From positions 31,970 to 95,969 of the forward strand of contig DASSXV010000025.1 of assembly GCA_035703635.1 (NCBI GenBank): 64,000 bases of DNA, in the 5' to 3' direction. The stretch comes from Trueperaceae bacterium. GTDB taxonomy: Bacteria; Deinococcota; Deinococci; Deinococcales; Trueperaceae. Position numbers and translations under genes: made by a program. This document shows, piece after piece, positions 9,379 through 20,476 of this stretch. The notes below the pieces were generated by a model. It saw only the letters and a program-made list of their open reading frames with translations, made no database searches and was not told the origin of the DNA. Within the stretch, counting starts at the first letter, position 1; each line of letters begins with the position of its first letter.

Positions 9379-11610
9379 ATGGCAGAAGACCTTAGGTCTG
9401 CCGCCGCTACTTTCGGGCTGACTCCTGAGGAGTTCGACGGGGTCGTCGCGGCGCTCGGGCGCCAACCCAACCACCTCGAGGCGGCCATGTTCGGCGCCTT
9501 ATGGAGCGAGCATTGCGGCTACAAGAACTCGAAGCCGCTTCTGCGCCGCCTCCCAACCAGCGGTCCGCAGGTGTTGCAGGGCCCCGGTGAGAACGCCGGG
9601 GTCGTCGACATCGGTGAGGGTTGGGCGGTGGCCTTCAAGATGGAGAGTCATAACCACCCAAGCGCCGTCGAGCCCGTGCAGGGCGCGGCGACGGGCGTTG
9701 GCGGCATCCTGCGCGACATCTTCGCGATGGGCGCGCGGCCGTTCGCGACGCTGAACGCGCTGAGGTTCGGGGAGTTCAGCGAGGCAAGGAACCGCTACCT
9801 GCTCACCGGTGTCGTGCAGGGGATCGCGCTTTACGGCAACGCCATCGGCGTGCCGACGGTCGGCGGCGAGATCGAATCCAACCCGTGTTACACGGAGAAC
9901 CCGCTCGTCAACGTCATGGCGCTTGGCCTGTTGCGCCACGAAGAATTGCAGAAGGGCACCGTCGGCGCCGTGGGTAACAGGCTCTTGTACGTCGGTTCAC
10001 GGACTGGCCGCGACGGGCTTGGCGGTGCGGTGTTCGCCTCCGCCGACCTGTCAGGCGCCTCGAGCGCCGACCGGCCGGCCGTGCAAGTTGGCGACCCGTT
10101 CATGGAGAAGCTGCTGCTCGAGGCCTGCCTCGAGGCGTACTCAGCTGGCTTGGTCGCAGGCGTGCAGGACATGGGGGCCGCTGGCATCACCAGTTCCGTC
10201 GGTGAGATGGCGCACCGTGCCGGACTAGGGGTAGACGTGCACGTCGACCTAGTGCCGACCCGCGAGACCAGCATGACGCCCCTGGAGATCATGCTGTCTG
10301 AGTCGCAAGAGCGCATGGTGCTGACCGCCGTGCCCGGCAAGGAGGAGGAGTTGCTCGCCCTCCTCGCACGGTGGGAACTCGAAGCGGTCGAGATCGGCGA
10401 GGTCACAGACGGCGGCCGCTTCCGCGTGGTGGAGAACGGTGTCGTGGTGGCAGACATGCCGGTTCGTGCCCTCAACGAGCCGCCCGAGTACGTGCGTGAC
10501 GGCGTAGAGGATGACCGCGTGCGCGCCGCCCGTGAAGCCGACCTAAGTGGTCTGCCCGTGCCAGCTGATCCGACCGGCGTCCTCGAGCGCCTCCTCGCGA
10601 GCCCGACCATCGCCTCGAAGCGCTCAGTCTTCGAGCAGTTCGACCAACAAGTCATGACCAACACGGTCGTCGGGCCGGGTGCAGCCGACGCCGCCGTGCT
10701 GCGCGTCAAAGGCAGCCGACTCGGTGTGGCGGCAACTGTCGACTGCAACTCGCGTTACGTCTACCTGGACCCAGAACTCGGCGCCATGCACGCGGTGGCG
10801 GAGGCCGCGCGCAACCTCAGCTGCGTCGGCGCGCTCCCGCTGGCCGTCACCGACAACCTGAACTTCGGCAACCCGACCGACCAAGGCGTCTACTACCAGC
10901 TCGAGCGCGCCGTAGCCGGCCTCACCACGGCCTGCTTGGCGCTTGACACCCCGGTGATCGGCGGCAACGTCAGCCTCTATAACGAGTACTCGACGCCAGA
11001 GGGCCGGCAGGGCATCCACCCGACGCCAACGGTTGGCATGGTCGGGGTGCTTGCCGACGTGAGCAGCCATGCCGGTAGTGCGTTGAAGCGCGCAGGGGAC
11101 GCCATCGTGCTCATCGGCAATCCGGTCGGGAGTCTCGGCGCTAGCGAGTACCTCTACCGCCTGCACGGCCTCGAGGCGGGTTCACCGCCTGCGCTCGACC
11201 TCGTGACGGAGGCGAAGGTTCAAGCAGTCGTGCGCGGCCTGATCGCGGACGGCCTCTGCGACACGGCGCACGACACAAGCCACGGCGGCCTCGCCGTCGC
11301 GTTAGCCGAACTATGCCTCGGTGCGGAAGGTGCGGCTATCGGCCTCAAGGTCGACGTCGGTGATGGCGGCGGTGCACGCATCGACGAACTCCTCTTCGGC
11401 GAGGCGGCAGCGCGCGTGCTGCTCGCGCTGCGCCAGGAGCATGTCGAAGAGGCGCTGGCGCGCTGCGCGGCGGTGGGAGTGGAAGCGCAGGTGATCGGCG
11501 TTTCGGAGGGGTCGACGTTCGTCCTGCGCGGCGCGGGCGCGAACATCGAGATCGCGTTGCCCGAACTGGCGGCGCCGTACTTCGCCACCTACCCAGAGGC
11601 GTTACGCTGA
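9379..11610 (+). CDS. purL: FGAM synthase large subunit (small-type PurL)
   Basis: WSEHCGYK, KMESHNHPS, QDMGAAG and SESQERM motifs. Confidence 0.95.
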   Translation: MAEDLRSAAATFGLTPEEFDGVVAALGRQPNHLEAAMFGALWSEHCGYKNSKPLLRRLPTSGPQVLQGPGENAGVVDIGEGWAVAFKMESHNHPSAVEPVQGAATGVGGILRDIFAMGARPFATLNALRFGEFSEARNRYLLTGVVQGIALYGNAIGVPTVGGEIESNPCYTENPLVNVMALGLLRHEELQKGTVGAVGNRLLYVGSRTGRDGLGGAVFASADLSGASSADRPAVQVGDPFMEKLLLEACLEAYSAGLVAGVQDMGAAGITSSVGEMAHRAGLGVDVHVDLVPTRETSMTPLEIMLSESQERMVLTAVPGKEEELLALLARWELEAVEIGEVTDGGRFRVVENGVVVADMPVRALNEPPEYVRDGVEDDRVRAAREADLSGLPVPADPTGVLERLLASPTIASKRSVFEQFDQQVMTNTVVGPGAADAAVLRVKGSRLGVAATVDCNSRYVYLDPELGAMHAVAEAARNLSCVGALPLAVTDNLNFGNPTDQGVYYQLERAVAGLTTACLALDTPVIGGNVSLYNEYSTPEGRQGIHPTPTVGMVGVLADVSSHAGSALKRAGDAIVLIGNPVGSLGASEYLYRLHGLEAGSPPALDLVTEAKVQAVVRGLIADGLCDTAHDTSHGGLAVALAELCLGAEGAAIGLKVDVGDGGGARIDELLFGEAAARVLLALRQEHVEEALARCAAVGVEAQVIGVSEGSTFVLRGAGANIEIALPELAAPYFATYPEALR

Positions 11611-11615
11611 CCTCC

Positions 11616-13058
11616 ATGACTGAACCCCTGCGGGAGCGGTTGGAGCTGGACAAACCGCGCGAGGAGTGCGGCGTTTTCGGCGTGCGACTCCCCCAACCAG
11701 GCGACGTGGCCGGGTTGTGTCACCTCGGCATCTTCTCGTTACAGCACCGCGGCCAGGAGTCGTGCGGCATCTGCGTTACGGGCGGCGGTCAGGTGAGGCT
11801 CGAGAAGGACATGGGCTTGGTCGCGGAAGTCTTCACCGAGGAGCGGCTGGCTAAGCTGCGCTTCGCAGGGGCCAGCCAGGGCGTGGCGCACACGCGCTAC
11901 TCCGTGACCGGCTCGAGCCTGCCGTTCAACGCCCAGCCCCTGACGGTGCGCTCCAACAAGGGGCACCTGGCGCTCGTGCACAACGGCAACTTCACGAACG
12001 CGCGCGAGATCCGTGACGCCCTGTTAGCTGGCGGCGCCGTCTTCCAGACGAGCAACGACAGCGAAGTCATGCTCAACCTCATCGCGCGGTACAGCGACCT
12101 CGACCTCGTCGAGGCTACCGCGCAGGCCATGCGCGACCTGGAGGGCGGTTTCGCCGTCGTGCTGATGGACGCCGGCCGCCTCATCGGCCTGCGTGACGGC
12201 CACGGCGTTAGGCCGCTCGTCATCGGCGAGCTGGCTGGCGGGTACGTGTTCGCCTCTGAGCCCGCGGCCCTCGCCGTCGTCGGCGCCACGTTCCTGCGTG
12301 ACGTGCGCCCTGGCGAGCTGGTGGTTGCAGACGCGCACGGTCTCGCGAGCAGGCAGGTCCTGACTCCAGCGCCTACGCCGTGCGCGTTCGAGTGGATCTA
12401 CTTCGCGAGGGGAGACGCGCGGCTCGACGGCGTCGACGTGCATGCCGCCCGCGTGCGCATGGGCATGGAGCTAGCGAAGGAGGCGCCGGTCGAGGCCGAC
12501 GTCGTAGTCGGGGTCCCTGAATCAGGGCTGGCCGCCAGCGTCGGCTTCGCGCGCGCAAGTGGCGTGGCGTACGACCTCGGACTCTATAAGTCGCCTTACG
12601 CGGGCCGCTCGTTCATCAGCCCAACCCAACAGATGCGTGAGCAGAAGGTCAAACTCAAACTGCGCGCCACGGGCGCCGTAGCTGGCAAGCGCGTGGTGCT
12701 GGTGGACGACTCGATCGTGCGCGGCACCACCTCTGGCCGCATCGTTCAGCTCCTGCGAGAAGCTGGAGCTACCGAGGTGCACTTCCGCGTCTCGAGCCCT
12801 CCCATCAAGTTCCCCTGCCACTACGGCATCGACACGGCCGCCCGCAAGGAGTTGGCTGCTGCTACCTTGACGATCGAGGAGATCAGGGAGCGCATCGGCG
12901 CAGACAGCCTTCACTTCCTCACGGAGGACGGGCTGCGGCGCGCGTTGACGTTGCCCGGCGTGTGCCTCGCATGCTTCAACGGCAACTACCCTGCCGGAGA
13001 GCCGAGTGAACTAGCGCGGCGCGAGGGCCTCGGGCGAGAGGTCTGGGGTCCCGCCTAA
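11616..13058 (+). CDS. purF: Amidophosphoribosyltransferase
   Basis: EECGVFG (propeptide plus catalytic Cys), QHRGQES, VDDSIVRGTTS and CLACF motifs. Confidence 0.95.
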   Translation: MTEPLRERLELDKPREECGVFGVRLPQPGDVAGLCHLGIFSLQHRGQESCGICVTGGGQVRLEKDMGLVAEVFTEERLAKLRFAGASQGVAHTRYSVTGSSLPFNAQPLTVRSNKGHLALVHNGNFTNAREIRDALLAGGAVFQTSNDSEVMLNLIARYSDLDLVEATAQAMRDLEGGFAVVLMDAGRLIGLRDGHGVRPLVIGELAGGYVFASEPAALAVVGATFLRDVRPGELVVADAHGLASRQVLTPAPTPCAFEWIYFARGDARLDGVDVHAARVRMGMELAKEAPVEADVVVGVPESGLAASVGFARASGVAYDLGLYKSPYAGRSFISPTQQMREQKVKLKLRATGAVAGKRVVLVDDSIVRGTTSGRIVQLLREAGATEVHFRVSSPPIKFPCHYGIDTAARKELAAATLTIEEIRERIGADSLHFLTEDGLRRALTLPGVCLACFNGNYPAGEPSELARREGLGREVWGPA

Positions 13059-13810
13059 CCAGCGCTGTGGCCGTGGCGGCCACCGCGGGTCAGAACCAAC
13101 CAGGCGAACTCCATGAGTCGCGGCACGCGCTTCCACCGCTTGCGGTCAAGTGCAACTCGGAATAGCCATTCGACACCCAACTTGGTGGTCCAGGCCGGCA
13201 TGCGCTTCACTTCGCCGGCCAGCACGTCCAGCGTGCCGCCTACGCCGATCATCACGCGAGCGCCAAGTGCTTCCGCGTGGCTGTACAAGAAGAGCTCCTG
13301 CCCTTCACCTAGACCAGCGAGCAGGAGGTCGGGCGCGGCTAGGCGCACGTCCTGACACACGGCCGCTGCGTCGTTGGCGCGGTCGAAGTAACCGTGGTGC
13401 TGACCGGCGACCTTGACGCCGTAGCGGCTGCTTGCCTCCGCGGCCGCCCGCTCGGCCACCCCCGGTTTGGCGCCGAGGAAGTAGACGCGCAGGGTTCCCG
13501 CGCCCTGGCGCATGACCTCGCTTGCAAGGTCGACGCCTGGAACGCGGCCAGGCAGTCGCGTGCCAGCGCGCCGTGCGGCGAGCGCCACGCCGACCCCGTC
13601 CGCCACGCTCAAGTCCGCTGCGCGCAACGCCGCGGCCAGGGCCGGTTGGTCGCGGCCTTGAACGACGATCTCCGGGTTGAGGGTAACCACTAGCTTTGGC
13701 TGCTGCGCCGCGCGCGCTTCGTTGAGCACCCAGGCCGCTGCGCTAGGCAGGTCGATGACGTCGAGCGGGAAGCCAAGGACGTCTATTCGCGGCGGGCCGC
13801 CGTCGGTCAA
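13055..13810 (-). CDS. WecB/TagA/CpsF-family glycosyltransferase
   Basis: VTLNPE, ADGVGV, RVPGVDL, HGYF and GVGGTLD motifs. TTG start overlaps the upstream stop. Confidence 0.88.
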   Translation of the reverse strand: MTDGGPPRIDVLGFPLDVIDLPSAAAWVLNEARAAQQPKLVVTLNPEIVVQGRDQPALAAALRAADLSVADGVGVALAARRAGTRLPGRVPGVDLASEVMRQGAGTLRVYFLGAKPGVAERAAAEASSRYGVKVAGQHHGYFDRANDAAAVCQDVRLAAPDLLLAGLGEGQELFLYSHAEALGARVMIGVGGTLDVLAGEVKRMPAWTTKLGVEWLFRVALDRKRWKRVPRLMEFAWLVLTRGGRHGHSAG

Positions 13811-14526
13811 GAGGCCACGAAACGGTAGAGATTGCCGTGCTCGCCAGCCTCGACCGCCACGAGCCGCGGAACGACCTCGCTGGCGGAGACGCGCGCCGCG
13901 AGGCCGATGTCTTGCTCTAGGCCGATCGAGCGCAGGTACTGACCAGCTGTCGAGCGCCACAACACATCGACCGGTTCTGGGAAGGCGCGCAAGATGGTCG
14001 TCGCCATGCGCGTCGCGCCTTGCACTCTCAAGTCCTGATGGTAGTTCTTCACGAGACCGGCGATGACGGCGGCCGCCAAGGTGTCGTCGAGGTCCGGTTC
14101 GCCAGAGAAGCCGGAGCACACGAGGTCGATGCGGCCACTCGCGAGTTCCGCCGCCAACCGCGCCACGGCGCCAGCGTTGTAGAGCGAACCGAGGAGCACA
14201 TGGCGTGCCCCACCCAACTGCTCGAGCCAGCGCGGGGCGTTCTCAGACACCATCACGACTTCGCGCCCTTGAAGGCCGACACGTGCGAGGTTCGCCGGTG
14301 AGTTGCCGTGATTGAAGCCCTCAGGCGGCACCCCCTGACGCTCGCCAACAAGGGTCTTGCCTGACCCGGAGGCGGCACGGGCGCGGCGCATGGAGGTCGT
14401 CAAGGACAAGCTCACGGCGCCCTGGTCGAAGAGGATGGGCGCGACGGTGCAGGTGCGCAGCACGTCGATGAGTACAACCACGTCGCTATAAGGTCCGCTC
14501 GGGACGAGATCGGTATTGATAAGCAT
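13807..14526 (-). CDS. 2-phosphosulfolactate phosphatase (ComB)-family protein
   Basis: VVLIDVLRT and GER.G...EGF..GNSP motifs. Start uncertain. Confidence 0.8.
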   Translation of the reverse strand: MLINTDLVPSGPYSDVVVLIDVLRTCTVAPILFDQGAVSLSLTTSMRRARAASGSGKTLVGERQGVPPEGFNHGNSPANLARVGLQGREVVMVSENAPRWLEQLGGARHVLLGSLYNAGAVARLAAELASGRIDLVCSGFSGEPDLDDTLAAAVIAGLVKNYHQDLRVQGATRMATTILRAFPEPVDVLWRSTAGQYLRSIGLEQDIGLAARVSASEVVPRLVAVEAGEHGNLYRFVAS

Positions 14527-14749
14527 GATGTCGATTCGATCGCTGCCAAGGACCGCTACGTGTTCGAGGTCCAAGGAGGCTCGGCTAGCGCGCTGTGGCT
14601 ACCAAGCTGTGCTGCGAGGCGCGAGCGGCCCCCCTTCTTAGTGGTGGCCAACGACTCCACCTTAGCGGCGCGAGTCTACCACGAACCTAGCGCGCTTCCG
14701 CAGTCGCCCGGGCCATGACGGCAGCACCTCACGCCAGATAAGCTGCCCT

Positions 14750-16318
14750 GTGCTAGCTCACGCCACGCCGCCCGCCCCGTCGTTCCTCGACGCCTTCCTA
14801 AGCGGTCAACTGAACGACTTCTTCGAACTAGCTCCGGGCGACGTCAGCGCGGCTCTTGACCTCCCACGCTCACAGGAAAGGCGAGAACTCGTCGACGCCC
14901 TCTCGCGCTACGCGGCTAGCCTCGGCGCGCCGCAAGCCGTGTTCGACAACTTGGAGCGCTTACGTCACCCCAACGCGCGCGCCGTCGTCACGGGGCAGCA
15001 GACAGGCCTCCTCCTTGGTCCGACCTACAGCCTCTCGAAGGCAGCGACCGCCGTTGCCCTTGCCAAGCGCTTGAGCACCGAGGAGCGGCCGGTGGTGCCG
15101 ATCTTCTGGTTGGCAACGCAAGACCACGACGTCGCAGAGATCGATCACACCTACCTGCTCGACGGGAGCGAGACGCTGAGGCGCATCGCCGTGACCTTGC
15201 CTGCCGGAGCGGCGGTAGGGCGCGCGCCATTGACACCAGAACTAGTGGCCACCGTCAAGCAGGGGCTGGCGCAACTCACGCCGCGACCGCGCTTCTTGTC
15301 GCAAGTGTGGGAACTGCTAGCCGCCACCGCGGGTTCCGTGACCATGTTCTCCGACTGGTTCGGCGCCATCCTCATGCGGCTGTTAGGTGACGCCGGGTTG
15401 GTGCTGATCGACCCGATGCAGCGCGACGTCGCTACGCTCTTCACGCCGCTGATAACGGCCGAGCTGGCGGACGCCCAACGCACGCCGGAAGCGATAAACG
15501 ATGCCGGCAGGCGCCTGAAATCGCTCGGCTACGAGCCGCAGTTGGGGCGCGGCCAGGACGCCACCAACCTGTTCGTCGAGCTGAAGGGGCGGCGCGTGCT
15601 CCTGCGCCGGGTGGGCGCGGCGTTCGCCGCGGAGGAGCGCCGCTTCACGCGGGCGGAGCTCCTCGCCATGCTCGAGGTCGACCCGACCGCCATCACGCCG
15701 GCGGCTGGATTGCGGCCCGTCATCCAAGACGCCACGCTTCCAACGGCCGTGTTCGTGCTCGGCCCCGGTGAGCTGCGCTACGTCGCGCAACTGCGCGACG
15801 TCTACCGCTTTCACGGCGTGCCGATGCCGCTCACCTGGCCCCGCGCCAGCGCTACCGTGTTGGAGCCGGTCAGCGCCAGGCTCCTGACTGGTCTCGGCCT
15901 GCGGGCCGTAGAGTTCCGTAACCACCGCGCCGAGACCCTCGAGCGCGTCTTGCTAGAGCGCCACGGTCATGCCGCGCGCTTCCAGGCGGCGGCGAGCAGG
16001 CTGGAAGCCGAGTTCACGACCCTCCTGAGCGCTGTTGACGCCATCGATCCGACGCTAGAGGGCACAGTGCGTAACGGCCACAAGCACCTAGCCGCCACCA
16101 TGAAACGCCTGCGTGGCAAGTCCGGCGCGGCTCTCGCCAAGCACGACGCCACGACGGTGCGGCAGTTCGAGCGCCTAGCTTCTCACTTGCTGCCGCTTGG
16201 CCAGCCAGCCGAGCGCGTCCTCAGCCCCTTCTCCCACGCCCTGAAGTTCGGCATCGAACCGCTAATGGACCGCTTCTCGACGCTCGAACCGTCAGGAGAC
16301 CAGGAGCTCGTCCTCTAG
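14750..16318 (+). CDS. bshC: Bacillithiol biosynthesis cysteine-adding enzyme
   Basis: VVTGQQTGLLLGP.Y, PIFWLATQDHD, LRPVIQD..LPT, GPGELRY and P.ERV motifs. Confidence 0.88.
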   Translation: MLAHATPPAPSFLDAFLSGQLNDFFELAPGDVSAALDLPRSQERRELVDALSRYAASLGAPQAVFDNLERLRHPNARAVVTGQQTGLLLGPTYSLSKAATAVALAKRLSTEERPVVPIFWLATQDHDVAEIDHTYLLDGSETLRRIAVTLPAGAAVGRAPLTPELVATVKQGLAQLTPRPRFLSQVWELLAATAGSVTMFSDWFGAILMRLLGDAGLVLIDPMQRDVATLFTPLITAELADAQRTPEAINDAGRRLKSLGYEPQLGRGQDATNLFVELKGRRVLLRRVGAAFAAEERRFTRAELLAMLEVDPTAITPAAGLRPVIQDATLPTAVFVLGPGELRYVAQLRDVYRFHGVPMPLTWPRASATVLEPVSARLLTGLGLRAVEFRNHRAETLERVLLERHGHAARFQAAASRLEAEFTTLLSAVDAIDPTLEGTVRNGHKHLAATMKRLRGKSGAALAKHDATTVRQFERLASHLLPLGQPAERVLSPFSHALKFGIEPLMDRFSTLEPSGDQELVL

Positions 16319-16321
16319 GGC

Positions 16322-17833
<1,512 letters not shown>

Positions 17834-17873
17834 TTACCCTTTCGGTGCAGGCGGCGTAGCTGGAACGGCGCCG

Positions 17874-18335
17874 TCACGGGTTGTTCTCGAGTAGTGCCAC
17901 TAGGGGAGAGAGCCAGCGTTCTGGGAGCCTTACCGCTTTCCCGCTGCGGTCGGTGGGGACGTGCCGCGTTTCAGCGGTCGCGACCAGCGCCCCGTCCGCG
18001 GGCCTGGTGATGCGGTACGCGAAGCTCACGCCGCGGCTCCTCACTGCCGTCAGGACGCTCATGATGTTCAGGACGTCGTCGAAGTAGCAGGCCGCGCGGT
18101 ACTCGACAGCGACATGCGCGACCGCCAACGACAACCCGGCGTCTTCCATCTCGCGGTAACTCAGGCCGCGGTCGCGCAACCACTCCACGCGCCCAGCCTC
18201 GAGCCAGGGGACGTAGGCGCTATGGTGCACGACGCCCATCTGGTCAGTTTCGACGAACCTCACTCTTAGTTCCATGATGGTCGGGGGCGCCGCTGCACGG
18301 ACGCGCAGCAGGACCTGCTTCCTTGCCGGCAGCAT
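17874..18335 (-). CDS. Acyl-CoA thioesterase (4HBT/YbgC-like hotdog fold)
   Basis: VRFVETDQMGVVHH..Y..W.E.GR motif. True start is probably downstream of 18335. Confidence 0.85.
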   Translation of the reverse strand: MLPARKQVLLRVRAAAPPTIMELRVRFVETDQMGVVHHSAYVPWLEAGRVEWLRDRGLSYREMEDAGLSLAVAHVAVEYRAACYFDDVLNIMSVLTAVRSRGVSFAYRITRPADGALVATAETRHVPTDRSGKAVRLPERWLSPLVALLENNP

Positions 18336-18388
18336 AACGCCTTCGGGGGCACGCGCCCGGTGCTACAGTGCCAGCAGGAGTCGAGTGA

Positions 18389-19102
18389 GTGACACAAAGC
18401 AAGGGACGGGCCTTCGGCGCGGAGTTCTTCGACCAAACCAAGTACCGGCGCGGGCAGCTGCCTGCGTCGCGCACGCGCGTGGCGGCGCCGTTCAAGGTGT
18501 TCGCCAACCCTGCCGAAGTCGCGGCCCTGCCGGCCCCGCAGCTGAAGGGCGGGACGGGCGTGTGGACCGCGCTCTCGCGCGACCGGAGCGGTGCGGCAGA
18601 AGGCGGCCGCCTGAAGCAGGCGCACCTGTCGCAACTGCTGTGGAGTTGCGCGGGCTTCAACTACGGCAGGCAACGCGTGCACGCCACGGCGCAGGCCGTG
18701 TCGTCACTCGAGTGCTACTTGTTGGCGTTCAACGTCCAAGACCTGTTCGCCGGCGTGTACCACTACAACCCGCGCGATCACAGTCTCGATCAGCTCAAGA
18801 TGGGCGCCGTCGGTGACGAGTTCGCCGACTGCGTGCTGGCGCCGCTCGACGTGAGCGCGCAGGCCGCGGCCGTCTGCTTCACTGGCCTGCCATCGCGCCA
18901 TAGGGTTGCCGACGGCGGCCGCGCCTACCGCTACTTGTTACTCGATGGCGGCGCCGCCGCGCAGGACTTGGTCCTCGCTGGCACGGCCCTGGGACTGGCC
19001 GTCACCTACGCAGCTGACTTCTACGACGACGAGCTAGCGAAGCTACTGCACGTCGACGGGCGCACCGAAGTGCCGCTCTGCCTCGTGACCATCGGGTCGT
19101 AG
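18389..19102 (+). CDS. SagB/ThcOx-like nitroreductase-fold protein
   Basis: LSQLLW, G.YHYNP..HSL, RAYRYLLLDGG..AQ.L.L and FYDDEL..LL motifs; RBS AGGAG. Confidence 0.75.
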   Translation: MTQSKGRAFGAEFFDQTKYRRGQLPASRTRVAAPFKVFANPAEVAALPAPQLKGGTGVWTALSRDRSGAAEGGRLKQAHLSQLLWSCAGFNYGRQRVHATAQAVSSLECYLLAFNVQDLFAGVYHYNPRDHSLDQLKMGAVGDEFADCVLAPLDVSAQAAAVCFTGLPSRHRVADGGRAYRYLLLDGGAAAQDLVLAGTALGLAVTYAADFYDDELAKLLHVDGRTEVPLCLVTIGS

Positions 19103-19231
19103 GCACCCAAGCAGCGTCATGGAAGCGTTGGCTTGGCGGCCACTTGAGGGGGCGTTATGCTGCCACGTATTAGCTGCGCCCAGTTCAGCTGAGGTGAAGC
19201 GCAACTCGTGCACCACGAAAGTAGGCAGCGC

Positions 19232-20431
19232 ATGACCCACTCGAGACCCTCCCAGAGCAAGGGCCGAAGGACGGCCGACTACCTCGCCGCCGCAGAAGCG
19301 CACGCTAGCGGCCTGTGGCACCCGGAAGTAGTGTTCGTGCGGGGCGAAGGGGCGCTGCTTTACGACGCTGACGGGCGCGAGTACCTCGACTGCATGGCTG
19401 GCATCGCGGTGGCCAGCGTCGGCCACGGGAACGCACGGCTGGTTGAAGCCGTGGCGGAGCAGGCCAAGCGTCTGATCGTCTGCCCGCAGAACCTCGGCAA
19501 CGACGTCCGCACCGACTTCATCACGAAACTCTTCGAGTACGTGCAGGCGCCCCTCAACCGCGTGTTCCTCGGGAACTCCGGCGCGGAAGCCAACGAAGCA
19601 GCGCTGAAGTGGGCGCGCGTCGCCACGGGCCGCAGGCGCTTCGTGGCGGCCCGCAACGGCTTCTCGGGCCGCACGCTGGGAGTGCTGCCCCTCACGTGGG
19701 AACCGAAGTACCGCGAGCCGTTCGCGCCTTACGACACCGACGTCGAGTTCGTGCCGTTCAATGACGTCGCCGCCCTCGAGGCGGCGGTGAACGACGCCAC
19801 CGCCGCCGTGCTGCTCGAGCCGATCCAAGGCGAGAGCGGCATCCGACCCGCAACGACCGAGTACTTGCGTGCCGCGCGGGAGATAACGGCCGCCAAAGGC
19901 GCCCTGCTCGTACTAGACGAGATCCAGACCGGGGTCGGTCGCACCGGCACGTTCCTAGCCAGCGAAGCCTACGGCGTAACGGCCGACATGGTCACGCTCG
20001 CCAAGGGCCTGGCGGGCGGCGTGCCCATCAGCGCCCTGCTCATGACGGACGCGGTGGCCGCCGCCATGCCGAAGGGCGGTCACGGCACGACGTTCGGTGG
20101 GAACCCGCTCGCGGCGGCGGCCGGCCTGGCCGTGTTGCAGGAACTAGAGGCGCGCGACCTGATGGCTAACGCGCGGCGCCTCGGCGAGCGCTTGATGGCC
20201 GGCTTGCGAGGGTGCGGGCCGCTCGTCGCGGAGGTTCGGGGGCGCGGTTTGCTTATCGGGCTGCAGCTCAACGTGCCGGCAGGACCCGTGATCGCCGCGT
20301 TGCAGGCGGCCGGTGTCGTCACCATCGCTGGCGGCGGCGAAACCATCCGCTTCCTCCCGCCCCTCGTCATCACGGAGGCTCAGGTCGACGAGGTGGTCGA
20401 ACGCACGCGCCGCGTGCTGGCTCAGGCGTGA
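19232..20431 (+). CDS. lysJ: Class III aminotransferase, LysJ/ArgD type ([LysW]-aminoadipate semialdehyde transaminase)
   Basis: [16 protein letters not shown]...[10 protein letters not shown] (as in Thermus LysJ), DEIQTG, LAKG and TFGGNP motifs. Confidence 0.75.
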   Translation: MTHSRPSQSKGRRTADYLAAAEAHASGLWHPEVVFVRGEGALLYDADGREYLDCMAGIAVASVGHGNARLVEAVAEQAKRLIVCPQNLGNDVRTDFITKLFEYVQAPLNRVFLGNSGAEANEAALKWARVATGRRRFVAARNGFSGRTLGVLPLTWEPKYREPFAPYDTDVEFVPFNDVAALEAAVNDATAAVLLEPIQGESGIRPATTEYLRAAREITAAKGALLVLDEIQTGVGRTGTFLASEAYGVTADMVTLAKGLAGGVPISALLMTDAVAAAMPKGGHGTTFGGNPLAAAAGLAVLQELEARDLMANARRLGERLMAGLRGCGPLVAEVRGRGLLIGLQLNVPAGPVIAALQAAGVVTIAGGGETIRFLPPLVITEAQVDEVVERTRRVLAQA

Positions 20432-20476
20432 GGTTTCCTGTGACGACGATCACCGCTCGTTCCTTATACTGACCGC

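Noticed and set aside
18389-19102. RiPP (azole-containing peptide) cluster suggested by the SagB-like gene
   Set aside because: No YcaO, precursor peptide or exporter nearby; the flanking genes are housekeeping.
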